DNA from: Tubiluchus corallicola
Taxonomy: Eukaryota; Animalia; Priapulida
Direction of reading: 5' to 3'
Assembly (NCBI GenBank): GCA_030141605.1
Contig: JAQGDQ010000181.1
Span: 372,378-436,377 of the forward strand
Length of the DNA: 64,000 nucleotides
Shown here: piece by piece, positions 50,041-61,371 of the stretch
Numbering within the stretch: the first letter of the stretch is position 1
Layout: each line of letters starts with the position of its first letter
Notes under the pieces: model-generated
Database searches by the model: none
Told to the model about the DNA's origin: nothing
What the model saw: only the letters and a program-made list of their open reading frames with translations
Program-made: the position numbers and the translations under genes

Positions 50041-51376
50041 AGTTGCTTATTCATTTGGCGTAGAATACACAGATCTGTTTAGTGAATTAGCAAGAAGGCA
50101 TCCATTTAGTACAACAGGTCCTATATGGAGGTTTTTATCTGCATTTTTTTATTAGGCTGATGAACTAATTGTATTTTATTAACATGCAGGAAACGAATTA
50201 TTATGTGGAGTGCTTATGTATGGCATATATAACTGTGAAAAGAGGTTGATAGAAAAATTTGCTTTTTCTGGAGAATAATTTTGTAAAATTACTAACATAA
50301 ATTCATTTCTTTTTTGAATTTATTCTTGAAATTCATTGAGCTTGTTTATTTGCAGGATAACTAAGAAGTGCAGCCACCAGCTTGCGAAACACGAGGTTGT
50401 TATGACAACCGATTAGCAAGCAGCATCCTTGCCAAAAGTGTTTTGAATTTCTAACACTGCTTTGATGGTGCTGACACTCGCTGTTTATCGTGAAACCGTT
50501 ATGCTACAAGCTGATGAACTTAAAAATGTTTTTGATTATCAAAAATTTTAAATAATAATATTATGTAAATCATAAGTAAAGAGTATTTATTGTAGGGCAT
50601 TAATGTGCAGGAGTTCCTGAGTGGCACTATTAGTACTGAGATTAAAAGATTGGCATGGTGTTGTGCAATAGGGAAGCCTTGGAATTCACTGCAGGCTATT
50701 GTGAATACGAAGTGAAATCCTGGGGAGTGATTTGTTGGTGATTTTTGTTTGATTTTCATTCGTGAATAAACTGATAAATTCATTATACACATGCAACAGT
50801 GGCTGGACGGAAAGAGCTCTGGCTTACAAACGTTTGTGCCATTGAAAAGAGATAATACTTTTGCTTGACTGTAAATTGGGAATGGACTGATCAGTTGATT
50901 ATTATGTACAATAACAGCTAGAAAGAAAGCTCTAGCTTACACGTGCCTGTGCCACTGATACGAGGAGGATACTTTTTTAAGTATATGTGCTGCCAATCTA
51001 GCAAGGTTAGTGACACTACTATGTGTAAGGTGTTACTACTGCCATCTGTAGGCCAAATTGCAAAGGTGAACCTTTTCTAGTTGTACACACTGCTGAGTTT
51101 TTTGGTAATCCCTGCTTCATGAAATGACTGTAATTGCTGCTGACAGTTTTCTGTTTCAAAGTGTAACTTGCATTGACTGGCAAACCGAAAAGTAGGACTT
51201 AACTGAGTTTTAAGGGCTAGTAAATGAAACGCAGAGACTTGCTTCACAAATCAGAATGTCATTATTAGTGATTTGTTGCTGCTTTGCCAAGTTTTGCTTA
51301 TACGGTCTTAAGAAAACTGCATTTTATAAACTTATCCAGTTTTTGATGCATGGCGTACCATTCTCAAACGAACCGG

Positions 51377-51420
51377 AATAAAATACAAATTTTATAATTG
51401 CTATGTTACTTGTTTTTATT
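51377..51420. terminator. Facing polyadenylation signals of ataxin-2 (+, AATAAA 51377-51382) and DPY19L (-, 51415-51420)
   Basis: Canonical hexamers on opposite strands ~35 bp apart between convergent genes; other AATAAA hexamers exist nearby. Confidence 0.35.
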
Positions 51421-51715
51421 AATTTTCTGTATTAACTGGAATTCCATAAGTTTTCTTAGAATTGTTTGAGTTTATTTCACATCTAAAGTTAAAAATGAAT
51501 TTTAAAATGGGTAAGAAACGAGAATCGTTCACTCCCTCCATAAATATGAAATTCATAACATGCAGAACAATGAATAATACAAAATTCAAACCTACAATAA
51601 TAAGGCACACTGAACATCACAATGACTAGATGTAATTAATTTAAATTGCATACGCATTTATAATAAATATAGTATCCCTGAAGTATTTTGTTCAAGGTGT
51701 TATAACGCTAACAAA

Positions 51716-53881
51716 TTAGAGAACCTTAAGAATCGTATACACTTCATTCATAAACACAACTTTAAAATGTGGCTTTGGATTTTGCTTCAAAAGTGTACAT
51801 GCCGGGATTTTTCCTTGATTTTCAGCATCTTCTAAATCCCATATTTCAGACATGGCACAACCTGGTTTACTTCTTCTCGTACACCAAGAGTCCTCTAAGA
51901 CAGCATAGTGCACACCTAAACGCAACAATTTTTCCCTGATCTCTGTCGCAGGCTTTCGGCTATACATGCTGTACACATCTTTAGTTCTGGCTCGTAGATT
52001 TACATCCTCGTAATGCGGATGATTGACAATTGGCCGTCCAGTGGAAAGTTTTATAGCCGCCATGGTTGGCATTGGTCCCGCGAATGCAGCTTTGGTCGGT
52101 GTTTCGGCCTTTATCCATTCTATCATTTGCTCTAGCGGCCAGTTACTAAATTCTCCTCTTATTTCCCATTCAGCCCTGATGTTTTCAACGCCAGCATAAC
52201 TCATTATTGTCATAATAATAACCAGCATCACGTAGTGTTTGAGCCTTGGACCTAAAAAACCAAACAGTTTTCTTGAGGCAAGTAGCGAAGATACGATGCA
52301 TAAGTGAGGCGTAAAGAATAGCTTCAGCCTCATTATGAAGATTGCCATAATAGTGAATGCAAACAACTGAATTACGTTGTAGAGAACATCTGCTTTGACA
52401 ACAGAAGCAATGGTTTCATCATCACTGCCCATCGAGTGCTTTTCAGCTGTTTGTACTGGACGTGCTTTACAAAAAAGTGACTTATTTTTTGGTAAGTCCT
52501 TTACGACGTGAAACATAACTATTAAAATGACCACACATGCTGCAGGGATTAGCAATGTCTTGCACAAACTGACAAAAGTGACGGTTTCCAAAAAGTCGAA
52601 TTCTTTGGCGCATGTGTACATCATGGTGTGAAAGTCCTTGTAGTTTGATATTTTTGAGCGCAGAATACTCCAAATGTGTGCATCATCCGCAACATTCAGC
52701 AAAATTGCAGCTAACTTTTTCAATGCATACGAGCCAGCAAGAAAAATTGAGCTTTGGATAATTGAAACTTGTATTTGATGAATGGACAGACGAATAACGA
52801 GCGGTTCTATTTGCATAATGATAAATGTTATAATTAGAGTAGATGCTAAAAATGAGGTCAGCAACATCTTGTTTCCAAACAGCAGTGCAAAACTGAACAA
52901 GAATCCCCACATTTGTCCATACAGCACTGTTTTAATTTGTTGAGCCGTTACAAACCGTGTCACATACAAAGCGAATACCGCAATCACTTGAGTTAGCAGT
53001 ACAAACTGTGCAAATTGCCAAAAAATCATAAAAATCATTGTGGTCACTACAATGGCTGCAATGTGTCGTGTTTGCGTTTTCTTTGTACGCATGGTCCATG
53101 TAACCAATAACATCTCGAACATAAGAAAAGGATAAGCAAAACTTTCACGCAATGGTGGCGTCCATTGTACCCTTGTAGCTTCTCCATGGTTAAAGAAAAA
53201 GCAGATCACAGACAGTAAGCCGCCAAAAATACTTTGGCTAAGAAATGTTCCGTACAAGAATAAGACACTCATCATGAAACCGTTTAAAGCAAATACATTG
53301 TTCACATAAAAATACGATGGTTCACCCCAGCCTTCACAGCTAGAAACTGGCTCCAGACCATTACCTCTGTTTACTATCCAACATATAATTGTGGACACAT
53401 TTAGTTCCCTGCTAACCTGATCAAATAAACGATAGGAAGTGCCAAGGATGACTTCTGGGTAGAGATTAAACCGCTTTAGTGTATTAATTATGGATGGATA
53501 TTCAGTTATATTATCATGCATAATTGACCAAAGTCCTTCGTACAATGACGATGCTTCGACTATAGTTTTGAAATAAGAATAATACAATCCCATTTCTGTT
53601 CTGAAAGACATTTCTCTTTCTAGTGACGATAAGTGAGAGAAATGCCGATCACTTTCAAACATATACAGTTCATGCTGATAATGCGCATAACCAGCTAATA
53701 CAGCTACAAGAATGACTAGTAAAACGTACGCAAAACGCAAAGAAAAATTTGTTGTTGATTCAAAAAACGACGCTTGATCATTCGAAGCCAGTTCGTTTTC
53801 CCTTGAGCTCAGTTCTTGTTCGTTTAGTTTGTTTTCATCTCTGCTTTGCTTATTATGCATTTTTCGTCTTTTCACAGCCAT
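51716..53881 (-). CDS. DPY19L1: C-mannosyltransferase DPY19/DPY19L1-like, single exon, ~721 aa
   Basis: Diagnostic motifs FSHLSSLEREMSFRTEMGLYYSYFK, RFNLYPEV, EATRVQWTPPLRESFAYPF, MRLKLFFTPHLC and GRPIVNHPHYED. First in-frame ATG is at 53881 (the ORF track starts at a GTG). Confidence 0.93.
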   Translation of the reverse strand: MAVKRRKMHNKQSRDENKLNEQELSSRENELASNDQASFFESTTNFSLRFAYVLLVILVAVLAGYAHYQHELYMFESDRHFSHLSSLEREMSFRTEMGLYYSYFKTIVEASSLYEGLWSIMHDNITEYPSIINTLKRFNLYPEVILGTSYRLFDQVSRELNVSTIICWIVNRGNGLEPVSSCEGWGEPSYFYVNNVFALNGFMMSVLFLYGTFLSQSIFGGLLSVICFFFNHGEATRVQWTPPLRESFAYPFLMFEMLLVTWTMRTKKTQTRHIAAIVVTTMIFMIFWQFAQFVLLTQVIAVFALYVTRFVTAQQIKTVLYGQMWGFLFSFALLFGNKMLLTSFLASTLIITFIIMQIEPLVIRLSIHQIQVSIIQSSIFLAGSYALKKLAAILLNVADDAHIWSILRSKISNYKDFHTMMYTCAKEFDFLETVTFVSLCKTLLIPAACVVILIVMFHVVKDLPKNKSLFCKARPVQTAEKHSMGSDDETIASVVKADVLYNVIQLFAFTIMAIFIMRLKLFFTPHLCIVSSLLASRKLFGFLGPRLKHYVMLVIIMTIMSYAGVENIRAEWEIRGEFSNWPLEQMIEWIKAETPTKAAFAGPMPTMAAIKLSTGRPIVNHPHYEDVNLRARTKDVYSMYSRKPATEIREKLLRLGVHYAVLEDSWCTRRSKPGCAMSEIWDLEDAENQGKIPACTLLKQNPKPHFKVVFMNEVYTILKVL

Positions 53882-54199
53882 GTCGATTTTTACCACCGTT
53901 GCGCATCTTTCGCGCCATCTACAGGGACAATATTAAACCACATGCTTTAATTTTTCGCAGCTGTGTGAATACGCTGAACCCATTTCATTCCTAAGGACGA
54001 GCCCCCAAGTAAGAACATGGTGGCAGTGTTTTTTAAACACTATTAATCACTTTTCAGTTTAAGTTCTTTATCAAACATTTTCAGAGGTTTACACAATTTC
54101 CAATAAAATCACATGCTCTTCAATGTTTCCCAGTTTTCACTTAGAATCATGTCTGCCTTCAAATTTGCTTATTTTATTAACATTAAAAATTTTGTTTTC

Positions 54200-55520
54200 T
54201 TTGCAGTTGAAAAGATGCTCAGTTGAATCCTCTTCTGAACTTCACATAGAGCACAATTTAGCATTTTTACAAAAGTTCTTGTAATTATACTTAATTTTTG
54301 TCATGCTCTGCCTATTTTCATAATTTCACTGGTTTCTTTTAGACTACATCTTTTAACTTATTTTTTACATCCCCAATTAGCGTTTTTCAAAAACCTCAGC
54401 AAACTACTTTGAGCATTCTTATTTTTTCTTTGTTTCTGCAAGTATATTCCTGTTTTAAACTTAATTTCTCTCTTCCGTTGTCATCCATGATCACTTGAAA
54501 AATTTTACTTCAGTTTTCATGTCATACTTATTTGCTACCACTATCACTTCTTGATACCAACTTTGTTTGAATGGATCAATGGCTATTCAGCTTGTTCATT
54601 TATTATTTCTTTTAATAATCTTGTTTTAGTTGATGGAATCATTATGTACCTAAAGATCATTAATTTTTTATAAAAAACCTTTTGTTGCAATGGCCATATT
54701 CCTAACTCGATTAACATCTCCCAATAAGGAGTAGAGTCACTAAGTTTTAACATTCTCCTTAAAGAATATTCACGCATTCTTTCTAGTTCAGCCCATTCAT
54801 ATTGCCTCAGTGTCTCACATCCGTCCATCTTTCAGAATTATATACAATAGCTGGCAAAGCCAAACTTTGGCATAAATGCATTATAATATTTAGTGCTTTT
54901 ATGCCCACTTTAACTTCATCCCCAATAAAATTAATGTACTGTATCACATGTTTATTTTTATTTTTACTTTTTTCAATTAAAGTGTCATTTCCGTTGTTTT
55001 TGTTCTCATGTATTCCGTCTTGGTGACATTGAAGTTCAAATTTGTATTCACTTCTAAATCTTCAACCATTCTTTCAATCATGTCTTTTTCATCTATTCCA
55101 ACAATATCATCCATAAAACACAACGTTTTGACTTTTAATTTTGGACTAACCATTGTTCCTGCAGTTTGTCTTTTTTATAAAACCATTGGTTGCTGCACAA
55201 CACAATACTGGGCCAAGAACAGTACCTTGTCTCACTAAATCACTCAAATGCACTTCTTCTGTTAGGCCTACAGGTGTCTCTGCATTAACACATTCATTCA
55301 TTCTGAATATGATATTTATTATATGAGCAGGAACTCCCATTCTCCACATCTCAGCAAAAGCATCTTTCTGCCACAAACGATCTAAACATTTTTCAACATC
55401 GCAAAACAAAATGTACAAGACATTATTTAAGTACGTATTATAATTGATTATATGTTTTGCTGTTAATATGTGATTTACTGTACTTCTGTTTCTAATTCTT
55501 CCACAGCTGTTGCATAGAAC
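54200..55520 (-). mobile_element. Decayed non-LTR retrotransposon reverse transcriptase ORF
   Basis: LFCDVEKCLDRLW, VRQGTVLGPVL, then a frameshift to TLCFMDDIVG (RT catalytic motif), later STPYWEMLIELGIWP. Multiple stops and frameshifts. Confidence 0.8.
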
Positions 55521-56004
55521 CATCTGCTGGCTTGACTGTGAATAGTCTCATGAGGTACTCTGATTCTCTGAATCATAACAGGTGCCATCTACAGTAGTCT
55601 CAGAATAATATACTATGACAGCAGTCACACGATACAGAATTTCCGGGCAGAAGGAATATAAAACATTAGTAAGTTAACTGTATAAGAATTGCTAGAGCTT
55701 CATGTTAAACAAAGCAATGAAACTTCTTTCTCTTGTTTCGCACTATTTTTTCGTCCACCTAGTACCTTTACATGTAATAAGGTAATTATCGCCTGAATTC
55801 TTCACTAAAACTTAGGGAGCGCCTACAATAAACGAAGAAGTGATTATATATTACTTAATTTTTCGTGATTATAGTTTTTATTGTGCTTCAATCTATCAAC
55901 TAGAACGTTTAGCAAAGAACGGGTCCAGCTCCGATTCTTATATGCATCTTTGTACATAATTATACTATTTTAAGGAAAAAGTGCAAACAGACGTTTCTGC
56001 ATTC

Positions 56005-56307
56005 TTAAATGAATAATATTATTTTGTTTTGCGATATTGAAAAATGTTTTGATCGTTTGTGGCTGAAGGATGTTCTTGTAAAGATGTGGAGATTTGGAGT
56101 TCTTGCTTATATAATAAATATCACATTCAAAATGAATGAATGGGTTAATGTAATAGAAGAGACACCTGTAGGCCAACAGAAAAGTGCATTTGATTGAATT
56201 AGTGAGACAGGGTACTGTTCTTCGACCAATGTTGTGTTGTGCAGCAACCAATGGTTTTATAAAAAAGACAAACTGCAGGAACAATGGTTTGTCGAAAATT
56301 AACAGTT
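56005..56307 (+). mobile_element. Second, inverted fragment of the same LINE RT
   Basis: LFCDIEKCFDRLW...VRQGTVLRPMLCCAATNG; reverse-complement homology to ~55130-55430. Confidence 0.8.
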
Positions 56308-56753
56308 CTAACGCCAACAAAGTGAATTGCTCAAAATTACGTAATTTAGGTTATAATTTAGGCATTGCACTCACCTCACAAAACTATAGTTACTAAGCAT
56401 TCATGTAATATGCTTCTATGAAGGAGAATCGATCATCATGGTAACAAATTGTATAGGCCTGGTGTTTGTTATCTGTGACAAAAAATTTACCAGCTTTCAA
56501 CATTATAGAGTAACAGAGTTCTAGGCTTAGGGGCCCTTTGCAACCCCTACCGTGCGATATTGTCAATCCAACAAGCCTTTAATTTTAGCTTTACTTGATC
56601 TTGACCTTGAACTTCACTTGAAATATTCCACCGAGTGCTTACGACTGATTACTGATGTCACGGCCTACAACTCATTGGTCAGGACTGATGTCAAATTGTC
56701 GTACACTTTCTTTCCTTCGACTTTTCAAATGCTTTTGTATTATGTAGACGTTA

Positions 56754-57454
56754 GGCGCATTTCACAGTGAGGACGCAAGGAAAACGTCGCACGGAATTGC
56801 TGTCAGAAAATCAGAAAATTTCCGCAAGAAAGTTCATTTCACAGTCAAACCGCGCGGTTTTTTCTGCGTGTCCAGTTAGCTACAGGTACTTTGCGAGTTG
56901 CAGGCTTGTAGCTATCACTCGTCAACACGGACAAGGAAGACGATGTCATGTTTTTACAAAGTGTTTACTATTATTACGATAGTATTAATTACCATCGTTA
57001 TTGGGTGCACCCGTGGTGTTGTTGCTATCTGTATGGACGTTTGAAAGACGAGTGGGAGAACTTTTACAGTTACTCTAGAATACAACCATAGCTGTTGCTT
57101 GAGTAAAACGTAAAATCGTCTGTCTGTTTTAAGAGAAATTCAGCCTTATAATCTTATGCTGAAATGCGTTGTTGTTCGTAAAACAAAAAAAGTAATTAAG
57201 CAGTTAAATTTTAATCTAAATCCCGTGAGGTTTCGTCACGAAAGTGGAACATGCAGTATTTCTACCATGCGGCAATTTCCTCCTAAGGAGGACGCATAGC
57301 TTCTAGCTGGCGGCAAAATTCTTCAGGATAAACTCCACGAGGAAAATTCTCCATGAGGCGTCACTGTGAAATGCGCCACAGAAAACAATGTGTTCCATTT
57401 TTGCAAAGAGTGCCACAAGCAATTTTGCCGCGCGTCCTCACAGACAAATGAGCC
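56754..57454. mobile_element. PIF/Harbinger-like non-autonomous element (TTA TSD)
   Basis: TTA|GGCGCATTTCACAGTGAGGACGC ... GCGTCCTCACAGACAAATGAGCC|TTA, with an extra internal inverted TIR copy at ~57361-57377. Confidence 0.6.
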
Positions 57455-57661
57455 TTAAGCTAATTTCTGTGGCATAAGGGTGGTATGCTAATCTGTGATT
57501 AATTCGATCTCTTGAATTCCAATAGTTTTTATAATCAACGATAATCCGGCCTTTATATAATCAGTAAATAAATCCTACATGCCACATCGCTAAATTATCG
57601 GCCATAAAAGTGACACACGTAGTACAGGAGATAGGATGAGGAACTTCAAGAAAATTGGCCT

Positions 57662-57906
57662 TGTCTGTCTGTCTGTCTGTCTGTCTATCTGTCTATGTAT
57701 GTATGTATGTATGTATGTATGTATGTATGTATGTATGTATGTATGTATGTATGTATGTATGTATGTATGTATGTATGTATGTATGTATGTATGTATGTAT
57801 GTATCTCTCTCTCTCTCTCTCTCTCCCTCTCTCCCTCTCTCCCTCCCTCCCTCCCTCCCTCCCTCCCTCCCTACCTACCTACCTACCTACCTACCTACCT
57901 ACCTAC

Positions 57907-57947
<41 letters not shown>

Positions 57948-57992
57948 CTTCTATCTATCTATCTATCTATCTATCTGTCTGTCTGTCTGTCT
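57662..57992. repeat. Compound microsatellite (TGTC)-(TATG)-(CT)-(CCCT)-(CCTA)-(TCTA)-(TGTC)
   Basis: Seen directly in the sequence. Confidence 0.95.
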
Positions 57993-57994
57993 GC

Positions 57995-58317
57995 GCATGT
58001 ACAGTAGACTTGGTATGATTGCCCGTGCATGTACAATAGACTTGGTATGATTGTCTGTGCATGTACAATAGACTTGGTATGATTGCCTGTGCATGTACAG
58101 TAGACTTGGTATGATTGCCTGTGCATGTACAGCAGACTTCGCATGATTATCTGCGCATGTACAGGAGACATGGTATGATTGCTCGTGCATGTACAATAGA
58201 CTTGGTATGATTGTCTGTGTATGTATAATAGACTTGGTATGATTGTCTGCGCATGTACAATAGACTTGGTATGATTGCATGTGCATGTACAATAGACTTG
58301 GTATGATTGCCTGTGCA
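57995..58317 (+). repeat. 32-bp minisatellite (gcatgtacaatagacttggtatgattgtctgt), about 10 copies
   Basis: Units at 57995, 58027, 58059 and onward. Confidence 0.93.
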
Positions 58318-59571
58318 CGAGGAGTTAAAAAGTTCATATAAAGTGAAGGGCAAATAGCTTTTTACCTAAAAATCATGTAAATTCTTGGAAAACCTACAAT
58401 ACTCACACAACAAAATTCACACAAATTCCATGCCAGGTCTGTGACAGATTACAAAAAAAAGAAATCTCGCAATAGTGATGCACCGTAAAAAAGTAGCAGA
58501 GATTCAAGTGTAAGGTGATGTGAATATTAGCGGTGAGAATTCTCTACCAGAAAGCAAATTTGAATCAAATCGAATTTTCGAATGGGACTTTCAAACTCTA
58601 AACAAACCGAATTTTGAGATTTCGAATCCAACTCGAATTCCAATTCGGTTTTAAAGATTTTCAACCAAATTTTAGAATCATAAATGAACTGCAGTTTTGC
58701 AAAGTTCAAGAGTATTGATCAACTGATTAAAAATCAAGACATTCATCCTTGGATACCCATTAATGTCGCAGCACTCTATGCACAAGCATTACCCATCACT
58801 TTCATTCCATAAGTCTGTGAGCCCGGAGAGTCCACTGAATCAAACAAGGACCATCACCAAAGAAAACTAAATGGTGAAGCAAAAACAGCACTAAATATGC
58901 ACATGATAAATAAAAAACAGTAGGTGATGCCTCAGCCTTTCAAGATATATGTATATGTAAGAAGAGAACTATGTAAAAGTCATTAGGTTCCTCGCTAACC
59001 TTTCATAGTGATTATCTGTGACACGTTTGTTTAAATATATGTCAATAATTCTTCATAACTAACAAAAATGTTCATACGATTATAATGTTTCGTAGTTACT
59101 TGAGAATTCGAACTGTCATGGCTGTACAAAAATCAGAACTTCATAAAACAGCAGTAGCTAATTGAAAGCATTCGTTTAAGTCCAGTGAATTCTCTAGATG
59201 AGAGGAGAGCTCAGTTGTGCTCTGTTGTAATGATGAACATCATAAACGTTTCCACCATGTCGTCTGCTGATACCTTCGAGTTTGCAGTTTAGAGAGTCAA
59301 AAGAGTTCGTCATCAATGTTATCTGTGTAATTCCAGAAAAACGTTTCCACAATATGCTCAAATGTCCATCTTTTCTGTTGGGAAACGAGTCCAGCTTGAC
59401 ATGAAATTTGATTATTACCGTACTTGTAGATAAATGTAATAAATTTCGCTTAATATGTAGCAGCTAAAGTCACATTCTTGCCATTATTTTCATTTAGCGT
59501 TAATTTGCAAAATCTAATTTTAAGCATCAGAGTAAACACTACAGCCAAATATATGACAACAGCAGTGCCTA

Positions 59572-60527
59572 CTAATTGTGGGAGTTTCTTCTAAAAAATA
59601 TTTTTAATCTGTCCCAGTGAAGCACTTTCTTAAATGATTCCCGAAGCTCTTTATTTTTCCATGAATAAATTATTGGATTCATAAATGAATTGCTGAACAT
59701 CAGTGTGCAGAACAAATATCCACGATGAATGGCGGTATCTTATAAAACCGATTGTATGCAGAGATTATATTGATAAGACTTTGAGGAAAACAGCAGAAAA
59801 TGAAAGTACCAACAACTAAACTGATCATCTTGGCTGATTTCACGATGTGCTTGTACGATCTTGCTGCATCTGGTTCAATCCGGCGCATGTGTCTTCGTGC
59901 AATGCACATGATGTTGGCATTGATAAGTAACAACACAGTTGCAACTATGAGGTGATGAATGCAAAACAGCAGGAGCACATCTCGGTTAACAATGTTCTCG
60001 AAATTACATCGACCTTCCCAATTATCACGATGATACACAAGAGCACTTACACTAAATGAGTACAACCATGAAGCAATAATAATAAGCTGAACTAACCATC
60101 TTCTCATCAGAAAGTCATATCTGAGAGGATATTTTACGGCGATAAAACGGTCTATTGTGACAGCAAGCAATGTTGTTGCTGAGGCATTTATAAAAATTGC
60201 AGCAATGTAGAGCACTAAGAAGCATTCAGTTTTTGACACCATTCCATACCACTGCCAGGTTCTATGTGTAACTACATGCAGTTGTATACCAGCTAGCATG
60301 TCGATAATAGCCAAGCTACATATTTACCAGTTCTTGTGTTCTTCCAAGTGCTTGTACTTCACAAGAGCTATGACAACTAGAAGATTAGATAGTTCAGTAA
60401 GTACTGCTACAGTATGATAAACAAATGTCTTTGCTGAATTGGACGAACCATTGGAAACTAAATGCTGTTCACTATGGTTTCCATTCCATTGAGACCTTCC
60501 ATCCCAAGATTCTAGTTCAGACTCCAT
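59572..60527 (-). pseudogene. Disabled intronless rhodopsin-class GPCR (adenosine/amine-receptor-like orphan)
   Basis: SNLLV, SLAIID, TIDRFIAVKYPLRY and FCCFP motifs, with NPIIY in a shifted frame. In-frame TAA at 60324-60326 (KNW*ICSLA) and a 2-bp insertion near 59703-59706 relative to the paralogue. Confidence 0.85.
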
Positions 60528-61371
60528 ATTATTTTCCTACTAACTCTAGACAGTCAACTCTACATCTTCTCATTGTAGGTGTCTTCACAATGATGAATTG
60601 CATCGACCAACTCGAACATTATGAGTTTCACTTTTCATAATGCTTCGTCATGCCTAGCCTCTCACTTTTATGCTGTCTATAAATTAATGTAGTTCGTCAG
60701 CTTTAAAAGCCATCTGTTGCTAATAGGAATCCAAATAAAACAATGATGGCATTGCACCTGAACAAATACAAACCACTAACTTGAATAAACACAAAGAACA
60801 CAAAGAAAAGGACATTACATCACAAATTGCATCTGTCAACACAGCTTACAGAAGACTCATTTAAGTGACACAACATGAATTTAGTAAAGACTCGTACAAC
60901 AAGAAACAATCGTACCACATCTTTTCTACAGTAAAAACTTTTTTTGGGTTAAAATGATGTGAAGAAAGAAGAATCTATGTTCTAATTTATGTGCTTATAA
61001 TGTGAACCGAATTGTTTGTGGGCAGTTATGTGGTAAATGTGCATTGTGGTAAAACAGCATTCAAAAAGTGCACAGTCGAGTCTGTCACAGGTCAGTTAGT
61101 ATCATGAGTATGTCACTGCATAAGTTGTTACAGCAAATAAGAGTTAACCCATTACACCAGACATCATTTCTGGCGGAAGACGCATGTACAACAAGCCTAT
61201 TTCAAAGCCAAATCTTCTAGACAGCTTTATTTCTCCAAACTAAAAAACTCTATGAAATGTTTTTCAGATTGCTGTACAAAACCATTGAGAAGATGCGGTT
61301 GTATTCACAAACCAAATGCCGAGAGGACATGACAACTGATACACCAAGAACTGCTGAAACATAATCTGAGC

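Larger units (their letters stand above)
48767..50355 (+). other. 3'UTR intron of ataxin-2
   Basis: Donor cac|gtaagt 40 nt after the TGA; acceptor ttgtttatttgcag|GATAA at 50356. Confidence 0.6.

Noticed and set aside
57636-58353. ORFs and CRISPR-like periodicity over the 32-bp array
   Set aside because: Head-to-tail repeats without spacers; the ORFs are repeat artefacts.
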